Source: Lytechinus pictus
Lineage: Eukaryota
NCBI RefSeq assembly: GCF_037042905.1
Contig: NC_087248.1
Span: 16,368,001 to 16,432,000 of the forward strand
DNA length: 64,000 bases
Reading direction: 5' to 3'
In this document: one piece after another, positions 38,401-50,966 of the stretch
How positions within the stretch are numbered: position 1 is the stretch's first letter
Layout: each line of letters opens with the position of its first letter
The notes under the pieces: model-generated
Database searches by the model: none
What the model was told of the DNA's origin: nothing
Seen by the model: only the letters and a program-made list of their open reading frames with translations
Made by a program: the position numbers and the translations under genes

Positions 38401-41400
38401 AAATTGATAGAATTCAGATTGGACTAGGGTTAAACCCCGGGGTAGCTGTCCACCACCCCCAATCAGTTACATCGAGAGCTGTTGGTCATGTGTTTTTATG
38501 CATGTGCCGTGGCCGAGTGGTCTAAGGGGCCTGGCTATACATAGAAAGTCCGGGGTTCGATTCCCGGCCGCGACACCTTTGCCCGTGAGCAAGGAATTTT
38601 ATCTACAATGCTCTTTCATCCTGCTTTCAAATAAATGGAAATGCTATATGCATTATTGGTAACTAGGTGTGCTCTTGTTAAAGTTCTCTGACACCCTCTA
38701 CGTTGCCATTGATCACAGCTTGATGAAGTGGAGTGAGACCCTGGGAGTTCCTCACATTGATGTTTGATCTCTTCTTTCGGAAAAGAGGGTTCAGCTTAGG
38801 TTTCACGTTCTAAAAGAAATACAAAATTGATAGAATTCAGATTGGACTAGGGTAAAATCCCGGGGTAGCTGTCCACCACCCCCAATCAGTTACATCGAGA
38901 GCTGTTGGTCATGTGTTTTTAGGCATGTGCCGTGGCCGAGTGGTCTAAGGGGCCTGGCTATACATAGAAAGTCCGGGGTTCGATTCCCGGCCGCGACACC
39001 TTTGCCCGTGAGCAAGGAATTTTATCTACAATGCTCTTTCATCCTGCTTTCAAATAAATGGAAATGCTATATGCATTATTGGTAACTAGGTGTGCTCTTG
39101 TTAAAAAAAAGTGATTCGGTTCTCTTTTCGCCTCCCTGGCACAGGTGAGGCCAAAAAAAAATAACTGGAGAACATAAAGGGTAGGTCATAAAGATGCTTT
39201 TAAGGCAGGGGGGGGGGAGTGAAAATACAAGAAAAAAAAATAACGTGTGATTAAGAAAGAAAGCAAGAAAATTGAGAATTTAAAGAGGCGAAGATGAGGT
39301 CATGTTGTCTCCGTCATTGGGATGAAGGTTTGAGGAAAATCCATGAAAGATTAAGTAAGCTATTTGAAATTTCAATTTTTGACTTGTGACGCCATGCAAG
39401 CATATGCCCCATATGTTATGTATTATTAAACTATATTTGTTTTCAATGGATCATGATGACTAAAAATTATTTCAAGAGCGGTTGTGAAATTATTTGTCTA
39501 TTGATATACTTAAGGTACAATAAAAACTGCTTTAATTTTTTTTAGAAAATGAAATTTCACTGATTTTCTACTAGCTGTTGGAATATGACGTCACGAAACA
39601 AAAAAATAAATCTTTGATGGATCTTCATCAAACATTCACCAATATTGTTTTGCTTTTTTTACAATAATTTTTTTGTCAGGGTACACCCCCCTTAAACGTA
39701 ATGAAAAAAATAGTGTCTTGTCGTGTTACCACAGTCGGGGTTAACCACTTATTTTCCTCTTTCTAATAGACATACAGTTTACCAGGCTTTGCTGACGATA
39801 ATCTAAATTAGAATATCTTTCTTTTCACACGAATAATGCAAACGCTAAATATCAATCCGCTATTCACAGACTATTAATTCCAAGGAATTTCAACTATTAT
39901 ATCCTGATCTTTGGAACACTGAGAAATAACTTACTGCTAGTCTGTTTTCCATCCTTTGATGTTTTATCCGACAATTTAAGCGGTTCATTGAGCTTCTTTG
40001 TCCAAAGATTAGTGTTGATGTTATGATACAATGGTATTTATTTTGCTGCTGAAATAATGAAAGTTATTCGTTTGTTTCATCGTACCACTGAATGGTTATC
40101 CAGTCTGGATAAAGTATGTCTTGATAAATAAATTATTTTGAACAAAATCAAACGAGCAAAGCAAAAAAAAAAAAAAGAAAAAGAGAGAAAAATCCATCTG
40201 AATTGGATAGAGAAAAACAGAATAATGACATTCCAAAATTTTGCATGTCACCATAAATCCATTTACATGTAATGAGTTACTTCATGATGTTTCATTCTTT
40301 CTTATTCATATTGTATTTTGTAAAATACAACTACAAGTATTCAAGCACTTTGCTCCAAGCCTCAGTGGCGTAATGAGCCAACAAATTGTGGAGGCCAGAC
40401 ATAGCGTATTGGGCAATTTTTATACAGAAATCTGAATTTGTGATAGATTTTTACTCAATATTCTTAATGTAGTATCATATTCTATTTTTTCTTTCCCTTT
40501 CCTCCTTTTTCCCATTTACCCTTGGTCTTGACTTATTATTATNNNNNNNNNNNNNNNNNNNNNNNNNNNNNNNNNNNNNNNNNNNNNNNNNNNNNNNNNN
40601 NNNNNNNNNNNNNNNNNNNNNNNNNNNNNNNNNNNNNNNNNNNNNNNNNNNNNNNNNNNNNNNNNNNNNNNNNNNNNNNNNNNNNNNNNNNNNNNNNNNN
40701 NNNNNNNNNNNNNNNNNNNNNNNNNNNNNNNNNNNNNNNNNNNTATCTGTACGTCAGTGCCAAGCATGTAAGAATGTGATCGCCTACTGATCTAATGTTT
40801 AACTTCATCATTGCTTTAATTCATTTTTAACAGGCAGGAAATGTTTTATACGCATGTATTCAGTATTGAATTTAATATATTGGAAGACCATTGGCATCTG
40901 CTAATATTCTGTTCAAAACAAAAACACGAAACAATACAAAAATATCCAATATGTAATAACAAAAAATAAAGTGGAGACATGACGTCATAATCATTGCTGA
41001 TTACATTATTCATGCATACAATGGTTGTTTTAGCCGAAAAAAATGTTATTTTCATAAACTTTGTTATCCATTAATTATATTCTTTATTTAATAATCAGTG
41101 TTTTGTCTATTTATCATATTTTTACTCTACTTGTAAAATCATGTAATTAACAGACAAAGGTACCCCTTCGAGCACGTTCATGTCGTGTTTGTGAATATAA
41201 ACGAAACTGATTGTGGAGACAAAGTTGAGGATATTAACATAATTATGAATATGCAGTCGACATTATTAATAATCAAAGCTGTCAAGTGGTTATGCTGAAA
41301 GCACTGTGCACACAAATATAATACCATATTAAGATAAGAATCATTAATGGTTTCAATAAAAAAATGTCGGAACCTCTAAATTAAAAATGTGAACCCCGTT

Positions 41401-43521
41401 TTACTAGGTCACACAATGAGCTCTGCATGAAAAAAAAGCAACAACAAGAATTCACTTAAACCGTCAATCAATTTAATTTTCTTCATAAACGATTATGTAA
41501 ATGGTCAACCATTCGGAACTGTTTTATCTCTTGTCAAAATGTGATCACGGAGATATATACTCCATGGTATAATGGTTGTGAGAGGCGTTTCGCAATATGG
41601 AAACACTATATTGATTAGAACAATCGTCATGCTTTGGTGAACTCTTTTTTTTTTTTGCTAATTCATTTTCATAACTAACTCACTGTGGGCAAACTGATTG
41701 ATGGTATTCCTTTGTTTGTTTGTTTATTGTTTACGGAGCTGTTTTGCTTTTCTAAATCCTCGTAAAATCAAGAGTCAACTCCCACTCTGTTTGCGGACTG
41801 ATCATTAGTATACAGTTATATAGTTGGTTGTTAATTGTACATTCAGGGATTTAATGTTTTGTAGTTTATCCTTAATCAATGCTTTTCTCCTCCTTTTGAA
41901 ATGGAAAAAAAATAATGTTTACATGTCTCATCCATTTTTTCATTCCTTCCTATTTTCCCTTTCTTTCCTACATTTATATTATGAATAAGTACTTGATGAT
42001 ATATTCTTTCATTTCCAATGGTGATCCACATATTACTTTTAATTGACCTCCAGCTCTATCACATCTATTAGATACTACGTATTTTATTTTTATTCTTAAA
42101 TCAGTCTCATAATGACCAATTATGTAATATTTATAATGCCCATCAGTTAATTTGTATTTGATTTATATCAATTTGTATGATGATTGAATGTATGTATGAA
42201 TGAATGCATGGATGAATGAATAAATAGATGGATGGATGAATGAACGGAAGAAATGAATGAATGAATGAAAGAATTAATAAAATTTTCTACTGCCCACCAA
42301 CGAAATCGACTCCACAACAGACAGATGGAGAGAGAAAGGGGGGGGGGGGGGTAGAGAGATAGAGGAGAGATACAAGGGTTCGTTTTTGCGGCATTATTCT
42401 TCCTAATCCTGAGAATTATTACATAAAACTTTAAAATAGAAGTTTAGTGTCTATGAGGTACTAGTATGCTATTGTGAATAGAAACTTTACATTGATCATC
42501 AGACATGATAAAAACCAACTCTGAACCATTATAAACAGGAATACAAAGAATTGATACGGGACAATCGTGGCCACACGTGTACTGCTGATGTATGATGAAT
42601 TTTGCAACATTCGCTGAGTAGAGTGTTTCTATGGTAACAACATTTCTTTATACGGGTGTTTTCTCCCGGGCATTATACGTCTGACATCTTGGTGCCCCCT
42701 TTTTCATGTCAGACACACAATCTCATGCACCGCAAGGAGAATGAGAACAAAGGGGATACGATACTCGATGTTGCCCCGGGAGTTTGAACCCCTGACCCTG
42801 GCACCTAGGAGATATTTAATGTACTATATATAACGGGAGTAATGTAAGGTTGGGGGAATCCTGTGCAAAAATCTGTCATTTGTTTGTTGAATTTTAAATT
42901 CACATTTAACTTCTCTGGTTTGTCTTCGTCATTGTCGTTCATCTCCTTATCAGTACCACCTTGTTGGCCACTCCCCACTCTTCATCACTTCTGCATCTTT
43001 ATCCTTCTGTTTCCTTTAGCTTGTTTTCTTTTCTATCTTACAATACATTCATATCAGGAGCCACGGAACAAGTTCAGCCCCACTTTACTTTTTTATAACC
43101 ATGTACAATATTGATAATATGCCATCAAGTTGTGATGTCATGCATGTTCCCCTTTCAAAATCGTACGGCGCCCCTTGCACACTCATCATCGAGTCATCAT
43201 GGACACTGACTCGATACTTGTGAGCATGGACCTAATAGGAGGCCATGTGGTGAGGAACAACTGACCAACGCCTGAGTAGAAAACGATGATGAATTTGAGT
43301 AAATAAGTGACTTACACCACCCACCACTCCGCCAGATACTCTTTAATATTTTTTATTTGAAAAAAAAATGAACCCACCTGAACCTTCGCTCTGAGTGAAC
43401 TTTTTTTCTTCCTCGGTCGATCATCGTCACCTGATGATGACGCCGTTGACGAGATGTTCCTCGATCTCGATTTCCTCTTGGGCATGATCTTTGAGATAAT
43501 CTTCTTCGCCGATGAAGACAT
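20463..43521 (-). CDS. TRPA-family (TRPA1-like) cation channel, ~1394 aa, 21 coding exons
   Basis: Exons: 43521-43378, 37540-37385, 36668-36459, 36046-35953, 35696-35432, 35027-34385, 33926-33835, 33325-33110, 32660-32540, 32251-32115, 28327-28206, 27711-27583, 27215-26752, 26492-26175, 25816-25676, 24126-24018, 23766-23675, 22985-22758, 22203-22135, 21562-21374, 20708-20463. All phases are consistent and sum to 4185 nt. Features: ~13 ankyrin repeats (TPLH-type), linker TPMKKLIEKMPDVAQAVMDKC, pre-S1 LLTHPLVVSLLNHKW, S4 WQWQCGSVAVCLAWINF, pore KTMAMMLGDFDF, S6/TRP-like NLLIGLAVYDVHEIRRKA and a C-terminal coiled coil. Exon 1 linkage crosses an N gap and is less certain. Confidence 0.9.
21056..21199. 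mobile_element. Small MITE of the CTGGGG..CGTTTCATAAA family in the last TRPA intron
   Basis: CTGGGGTGCGTTTCATAAA ... TTGATGAAACGCTCCCCTG. Confidence 0.5.
24203..24459. mobile_element. Tc1/mariner-like MITE (TA TSD, ~50-bp TIR)
   Basis: TA|CAGTACCGAAATGTGACGTCAGTTGCCATGGTGTCATGGCGGGCTGGTTCTAAACA ... TGTTTAGAACCAGGCCGCCATGACACCATGGCAACTGACGTCATCACTTTGGTACTC|TA. Confidence 0.72.
24336..25671. repeat. Diverged tandem duplication (~680/656 bp) in TRPA intron 15
   Basis: TCCGATAGCAGCCATTTTCTCCGATG occurs at 24336 and 25016. GCCGAAGACTTCAGTTTTATAGTATCATTGGGAGGGATC ends both units (~25017 and 25671). Confidence 0.9.
28740..31660. repeat. G-rich variable minisatellite (core GGGGTGACGAAAA(A)GGGATGACCAACATA) in TRPA intron 10
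   Basis: Hundreds of GGGTGAC/GGGATGAC motifs. Higher-order duplications are visible as identical translated blocks offset by 1096 bp (ORF ends at 29619 vs 30715 and 29824 vs 30920). Confidence 0.95.
34212..34350. repeat. (TTC)n/(CCT)n microsatellite adjacent to an assembly gap
   Basis: Direct reading. Confidence 0.9.
37412..39105. repeat. Tandem array, 4 x 423 bp, each unit = most of TRPA exon 2 + its acceptor + a SINE
   Basis: The acceptor motif CTAAAAGAAATACAAAATTG recurs at 37541, 37964, 38387 and 38810 (period 423). Copies are near-identical. Confidence 0.95.
37657..37835 (+). mobile_element. tRNA-derived SINE (repeated at +423, +846 and +1269 within the tandem array)
   Basis: GTGCCGTGGCCGAGTGGTCTAAGG (A box) ... 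GGGTTCGATTCCCGGCCGCGACAC (B box), then body. An A-rich tail is seen at 39103-39110 in the last copy. Confidence 0.75.
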
Positions 43522-46390
43522 TGTTTTATTTTGTTCTGTTCTCAGACCATTAAAGAGGTTACGTTGTTGTAGAAGCTATCGTGAATAATGGATCATCGTA
43601 AAACTAAAGTTCAACTCCTTTGCTATAGTGTCAGTATTACTTTGGGCTGTAACGAATATTTGCAGACGAAACTCTGATTTACAAGTCGTATGTTAGCTTT
43701 ATTAATGTTCTTAAACAATCATCACTGATGAATTAGCAATATGGATTAAGAATTACAGATAAGCTTCAAAATCTTTCATTGTCTTCACCAATATGACCAA
43801 GTCTAAATGAGAGAGAGAGACATGTGAGCCAAAATTCAACCAAAACATGGACGACCTATTCGCTTGTATCACAGCCGATATGAATGTCTGGAAGCTTGCC
43901 TTTCGCCGAATCACGAACTCCGATTGCTGTACATGACAATGTCGTATGGGAGTAAAAGTTCGTCTTCACTGCAAGAAAGCTGACAAGCCAATAGCTCGGT
44001 CAAGTTCAAGAGCTCCCGTTTTAAAGTTGTAGGAGCTCACTTTGTTAACAGCAGCACCAATCCAACGTAGATCAACAATTTGGGTTCTGGTTGAATTCCA
44101 TCTAGGTAATGACTTCATGCTTGATGAAGTATTCGCATCCATCTTTTTATCGAAATTAGCTTGTTTATTTCACCTCTGCATCGTTGATCACCGGGTGGGG
44201 GCGAGAAGAATTGGACAGAAAATATGCAAAACATCTATTATCTTTGTGCCTTTTAACTTGACTCTATTATCTTTGTGACGTCATGTATATTATCAAATTC
44301 AAACCACGCACTATCAGGAGAGGTAAACAAAAAATAGGTTGAATTATTATTCCTTTTTGGGGCAACCTATAAATGCCGTAGAACAACCGACCTTGAAATT
44401 AATATTTTCATTTTAAGAAAGTCTGTTGTCTATCTCTCATTCTTTTACTTTCTTCGAAAATTTCTATTTGGAAGACATATTAGAACATTCCTTGGAATGG
44501 AGACATTTTAAATCATTGGAAATATCAATAACTGGACCACGCTATTGTAAAATCTTTCGAACTTTTTGGACTCGAGCCTCGAATGCACTTTGTGTCTACA
44601 AAAGATAACATTAAAGCAATTCTTACGATTAATCCTTAATTTTATTAAAAAGTACAAATGGAATGTGATGTTGACATACCAGAACACCGCAAAGTCACTA
44701 CTCACTAACCCATCAATTTATCCAGAATTGGTTGCTTTGTTAACTTCAATCTACTACTATTATTTCCCCAAAACAATGCACTTCTGTCTCTTCAAAATAA
44801 TGGCAAAAATAACAATAAAATATTCAATGATAACGCGTCAACGATTTGACTTTATTTTTTTTGAATAGTCAACATGCACAACGATTTTATTCTCTTATAT
44901 TTTCCTGCGTTCTTAGATAAATGAATAGAATAGATAGATAAACAAACAAATTCATCATAAATCGATTACATGTTATGAATAATATCATTTCAGTGAAGGC
45001 TTAAATGACCGAAATTACCACGTTTGGAGTAAGGTAGGCGCCCAGATGTAAAAAAAAAAACCAAACTACTTACACTAAGCTTTGCTCGATGATAACGGGC
45101 AAGAACTTTATTTTCATTTTGGCTTTATTTCCACAAACATGAGACGTTACAAAACTTTGATATAATTACACAACTCAGCTGAACAATCTTAACGTGGTAC
45201 ATACGATAAATACGAAGCATAGATAACAAGCATTTCAAATTAATGTATGAAATACATAAAACGGAAATGTGAAGAAAATCTGAGATATGTCAGAAGCAGA
45301 ATTTTTTATATTTAAAAAAAAAAAATAACTTTTAAGATTCCTCTTTAATGACATGGTGACTTGCAGCAAGGGCGTAATGATCCACCAATTTTGAGGAAGC
45401 CAGATATTGCTTATCAGGCAAAAATTTCGACATCTTTTATCAGAATATTTTGACCTAATGTTCAGAAAATGATATCAACTTTCACACTTCACTCTTTTCT
45501 TTTCTCTCCTTCTTTCTGTTCTTGTTGCTTGGTCGTTAATTTTTTTTTTTTTTTTTTTTTGGGGGGGAGCCCCAAATCATGATATTGGCAACTACCGAGG
45601 TGACGGGGTTCAGCAGCCAATCGCAATCAAGCTTTCCATGGTAAGTTGTTATATTGGTAAAGTTACAATAATTATCACTATATATGAAACTGGCCCCAGG
45701 ATGGGGTTATGACAGGATGAGATGGGTTTCAAATTTGGGGAAAAAATCTCCAGTGCTATCGCATTATTACGATTCTTTGTACCATTTTATCAAAGAATTT
45801 AGGTCAGCCACTTTGGCATACAACAATAACTTATACGTGGGTATTTTGGCATTATGCCATTCGAATTTCAAAGTCAATTTAGTAGCAACAATAAATGTAA
45901 TTTATTCGATTTATTGGCATTTCGGTGGTTGTTACCATGGTTACAAACCGAATAATGACATTAACTTTTTTTTTAGAAAGAATTTGTCAAAGTAAAGCTT
46001 GGAAGGATTTTTATAGAACTGATAGGGCCGTGAATAAATTAATGTGGAGGTGAATTTTATCCAAACCACCTAATTCTAAACAGCGTGCTGTGAAGACCTG
46101 TTTTTTTTTATATATAGGTATATATATTTTTTATACAAACATGATGAATATCAACACATTTCTTTCCTTGAGAAGTTTGATATTCAGAATTTTATTTCAA
46201 AGGCAACTCATATTTTTAAAGCAATACATGATGTTTCATTCAAGCTGCAATTTCTTTTTTTTTTCAATAATCATATATAGATTTGTTTCCGTACTATTAA
46301 TTAGTAAGCCTTCTTAGGCACAGTTCTCACATAACTTTCTTGCAAAAGGTATTTCCTAGCAGAAACGCAATACAGTAAAAATGCTACATG

Positions 46391-46659
46391 CAGGGGCGGA
46401 TCCAGGTTTTTTGGAAAGGGGGGGGGAGTACATTTTGCCGAGGAAAATTTTGACAAGCAAAAAAACACGTTTTAACCAGAAATGAAGGGTATTTCGTCCA
46501 CGAAAAAAATTTGACAAGCCAAAAAACAAAAAATGTTTTCACTTTAAAAAGGTGGGGGCACACTTCTGTTTTAACGGCATTTTTACATTACAAATTTTAA
46601 TTGTGCCTTTCAAGGGGGGGGGGGGCAAGGGTCGGCTGTGCCCCCTGGATCCGCCAGTG
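46391..46659. mobile_element. hAT-like MITE with 8-bp TSD
   Basis: GCTACATG|CAGGGGCGGATCCAGG ... CCTGGATCCGCCAGTG|GCTACAAG (TSD matches 7/8). Confidence 0.78.
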
Positions 46660-46957
46660 GCTACAAGAACTGCAAAATAGTTTTGAAAGGCATATTGGAG
46701 TATCTGACATCCTTGACACACATTTCCATATATGACACACTTTAGTAACACCTAAACTTAATTAGTCGTGTTAATCGTTTGCAAATAATGATGAGTGTAA
46801 ATGGAATGCTGATTCGAGAAAATATATTATACCATGAACTAATCGTTTGTAAACACCAGATGCATTGTTACACGACCATGGCCAAATGGGGTCGTTTCAT
46901 GAAGATGTTCGTAAGTTACGTGCGACTGGTGAATCGTTTTGGGTATACCACTCAGTT

Positions 46958-48690
46958 TGATTCAATTCAATTCAATTTCAATTCAATGTCTTTATTTCCA
47001 TATCAGTAAAAAAAAAAAAAAAAAAAATCATATTTACAACACATAACATTATAAATGCATTTCTAGTCATTAAATATTTACATACATAAAGAGAGCATAA
47101 AAAAAATGCATTTCATAATTCATGTACAATAATATAGTAGATGAGGAAAAAGGGGGGAACTAAAAAGCGAAGCTTGTGGGTTAAATGTTCCCCCCAGGAA
47201 CAAAAATTCAGTAGATTGTGTACACAAAGAAGATGATTAAAAAAAGCGTTTAAACAGAGTAACAAAGCAAAAACAAAACAAACACATCCACACCACACAG
47301 TCAATCACACAGGCATGGGGGGGGGGGGGGAGGTATTTGTGCCTAGTCAATTGTGCCTGGAACAAGTCACTCTAAAATTTGTAAATGAAGAGAGAAAAAA
47401 AAAATAAAAAAAAGTTTCAAGTGAACCAGCCACAAAGAGTGAGACGCATCAAATGCCGGTAAAGCACAATGTACATACATATTATCCAATTATTAGAGAG
47501 AGAGAAAAAAATATATATATTTAGTGACTATAAGTGGATAGCAAGCTTGATTTACATTTTTGTTTAAAAGAGTTTAAATAGCTGCATGATGTAACATTCA
47601 CATTCAGAGTATTCCATATCCGAGGACCTTGATGACGGATTAATCTCAGTGAGCGATCATTTTCTACATTTGAATAGTGTAATTTTGAACTTTGTCGGGT
47701 ATTGTAAGAATGAATATGCTTATTTTGTTGAAAAAATGAAGATATATTGTTAGGTAATATTGTTTTTTTTAGTTTGAACATTAGAATAGCAGTTTGGTAA
47801 GTATGAATATCAAAAATATTCAACGTTTTAAGTCTAAAGAATATTGGTTGAGAATGGGCAAGGAAATGAGAAGATGTACAAATTCGTAAAGCCTTTTTCT
47901 GAAGTTTGTGCAAGGGTTCAAGTTTTGTTGAACCTGTCCCTCCCCATGCAATATTACAGTATTGTAAATAAGGAAGGATTAAAGAATTGTATAGCATTAT
48001 CAGATGTTTTTCGGGAAGAATAGATTGGAGTTTAAATAAAATGCCTATACTTTTTGATACTTTCCTACATATTTCCAATCTATGCTCACTGAAATTAATC
48101 TTATCATCAAGGGTGACTCCAAGAAATGTAACATTTCTGGTCATTGTAAGATTGACATTATTCATAATTAAGGAAATATTCAATTGATTATGAACAGTAT
48201 TTTTGTTTGAGAAATATAAAAAGTTTGTTTTTTCATAGTTGACAATAAGTTTGTTTGCATCAAACCAGTTAGTAATTTTAATCAGTTCACTATTTGTTTT
48301 GTTTATTAAATTAAAAAGATTATGATCTGATGCAATAATTGTGGTGTCATCAGCAAATAAGATAAACTAAAAAAAGTCTGATAATTTACTTAAATCATTA
48401 ATATATAGTAGAAAAATCAAAGGACCGAGAATTGAACCTTGAGGAATACCTGAAGTAATATTTGTAAAAGAAGAGGAGCAATTTTTGAATAAAGTGTACT
48501 GAGTTCTATTTGTTAAGTAATTATGAAACCATTGTAATGGAATACCTCGGATACCAAAATTCTTCAGTTTGTACAACAATATATCATGGTTTATAAGATC
48601 AAATGCTTTAGTAAGATCAAGAAAAATTCCTAAGGAATGAAGACCATTATTCATCTTTGTCACTAGTCGATCCTGTAAATCAACAGCGAG
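46958..48690 (-). mobile_element. 5'-truncated, frameshifted CR1/L2-type non-LTR retrotransposon (RT C-terminal half plus 3' UTR)
   Basis: ORF 48663-48367 has GIFLDLTKAFDLINH and GIPQGSILGPLIFLLYINDL. A frameshift in a T-run is followed by FILFADDT, and ORF 48183-47521 has FLGVTLDDKINF and LYNSLILPYLQYC. The 3' end on the minus strand is AATAAA followed by (ATTGA)n at ~46958-46997. Confidence 0.88.
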
Positions 48691-48964
48691 AGAGGAAAAT
48701 CAGAGGAAAATAATCATATTGACAAGAATCTGAATACAAATTTGTAACATTTGATTATTGTTTTAGAAAATTCAGTCTCATCGAATAAGCAGTGGGCTAG
48801 ATATATATCATTTAGCACGAGAACAAATTACCATTTTCCTGGTGGAATGGTTTGCCGGTGGGTTTAATGATTCTCGACTGGAACAGTGCATTGAATTCGA
48901 CTGCTCGCTCGTCCCCGGACTCCTCTTGCTTTTTGTCTACTTTAATCCCGTCACTCTTTCTTTT

Positions 48965-49821
48965 TTAAATGACAAGTCCATCCCAACCAAAAGCTGATTT
49001 GAATAGAGAAAAATACAACAAGCACAACACTGAAAAGTTCATCAAAATCGGATGTAAAATAAGAAAGCTATGATATTTTAAATTTCGCTTAATTTCACAA
49101 AACAGTTATATGCACATCCTGGTCGGTATGCAAATGAAGAGACTGATGGCGTCATCCATTCACTTTTCTTTTGTATTTTGTTATAAGAAATTTGAAATAT
49201 TCTAATTGTCTTCTCATTGTCAAGTGTAACAACGATTAATTCCTCACTGGACATGTGGAATTAGCATTGCTTATGGTTCAGTCAAGTTGGTCCTATTGTC
49301 AAATATGTAAAAAAAAAAAGAAAGAAATATTGTATAATTTAAACAATAAAAAACGAAATGAATAGTGAGTGAAGGACATCATCGACTTTTTCATTTGCAC
49401 GTCACTGAATTGTGCACTGTAAAAAAATTTGGGTAAAATTTTAACCAGCACGAGGGTAGTTATGTGTCCAACCAATCTGGGGCAGTATTTTACCCAATGC
49501 GGGAAGCATATTGTCCAGTAAGGTTAACAAATAAGCAAGAATCACTTAAGAATGGGCAAAATTTTCATCACACTGGATAAATAAAAATGCCCAAAAGAAA
49601 TGCTCAATGTTGGTTGGACACATAATTACCCTCATGGAGCATTTTTACCCAATATTTTTTAGAGTGTGCTTATCACTGTTTTGTGAAAAATAAGGAAAAC
49701 TTTAAATGTCATAATTTTCTTATATTACATCCGATTTTGATGAAATTTTCAAAGTTATGCTAGTTTGATTTTTCTCTATTTGTTCAAATCAGCATTTTTC
49801 TGGGGTGGACTTGATCTTTAA
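48965..49821. mobile_element. Kolobok-like family A copy carrying a nested CACT element
   Basis: TTAA|ATGACAAGTCCATCCC ... GGGGTGGACTTGATCT|TTAA. It is ~250 bp longer than its siblings because of the insertion at 49415-49666. Confidence 0.78.
49415..49666. mobile_element. Nested CACT-terminal MITE (CMC/EnSpm-like), 2-bp TG TSD
   Basis: TG|CACTGTAAAAAAATTTGGGTAAAAT ... ATTTTTACCCAATATTTTTTAGAGTG|TG, plus an internal inverted pair GAGGGTAGTTATGTGTCCAACCAA / TTGGTTGGACACATAATTACCCTC. Confidence 0.75.
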
Positions 49822-50966
49822 ATTCGGATGCTTACAAATGCATCCTATCATCACCACCACCACCACCACCACTTTTCCTATTTTACTTTTTACTTTACCT
49901 TTGCCTTTTATTATGCATGTTTACTCTTTATAATGAGTTATTTCATGTTTTACGTACACCTGTAAGTTATACACAATTCAGCCTTTTGGCTGCGAAGTGC
50001 AATAAAAATAACACATTTTCAATTTCGATTAATGATCTTATTTCCATATTTTTTTTTTACTCAGCCGAACGTAAAATGAGCATCATGAGATATATATCAA
50101 GTTAACGAAGAGACCTTTGGCTTCACAATAATGTTATGGATGTTTCTATATAAAATTTTAATTGTAGTTAAGAAGTTATGGTCATTGTATAACACCGACA
50201 ATATTGGTTCCAATTTTTGTCTGGGATGCAGGTTGTAGGGGGTGGGTAAAAGGATTGATGAGACAAGATACTTCTTTTACTGGACACATCGTGACGTCAT
50301 GAACATGAAAGAAGGCGTAGAAATATAGCAGACGTCACTTTTATCTAACATACGGTTATAATATATCACGTTTAGGGTCCCCACTGGTGTGTATGCAGTA
50401 TAGCCCCATCTTCGGTCATATCGTGAGAATGCTTCTAAAAGTACAATTATCAGAATATAGACTAACTTTCTGCCTTTTTATGGCAAATTCTAAAAGGGGG
50501 CCTACAAAAGATAATTCATTTTACTAGCCACCCCAAAGCAAACAAGTCACCAGGTTGCTGCAAATAGCCAGAATAGTAATTTAATCTTAAATTAGGCCTT
50601 TTTAAAAATGCTTATCTGACAGCCATACTGTCAAAATTTAAAGTTGCAAAGTTGAAAAAAAACTAGTTAAAAGAGTTTCTTTGACATATTTCTTTTGTGT
50701 GGATTGATTGAGGGTTTCACTGAGATAACACAGTGTGCATAGCTCGTGTTTGAGTGAACCCTGAACTTCAGACGTTGTTTTCGCCTTACCTTTTTGAAGC
50801 TCTCGCTTAGTATCTTCTGCATTCAATCAGGTACTTGTGTTGGTAATTGTCGGTCAATTTTGAGAAGTTATATAATCTAAAGCTTGGGATGTACTTATTA
50901 AACTCAATAAACATATACAAATTCATTTTTTGCGAATTATTGCTGGTTTTGGGGTAGTTGGTCACA

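Noticed and set aside
37657-39000. Four tRNA-like sequences at 423-bp spacing (tRNA gene array or CRISPR-like array)
   Set aside because: A/B boxes are present, but the anticodon arm is not convincing and a SINE body follows, with a decayed relative at 62360-62470. The units are identical throughout with no unique spacers, and the locus is eukaryotic.
39935-40048. Phase 0-0 open segment with AG/GTAAGT ends in TRPA intron 1
   Set aside because: The translation has no ankyrin or TRPA similarity. It could be chance and is unsupported without RNA-seq.
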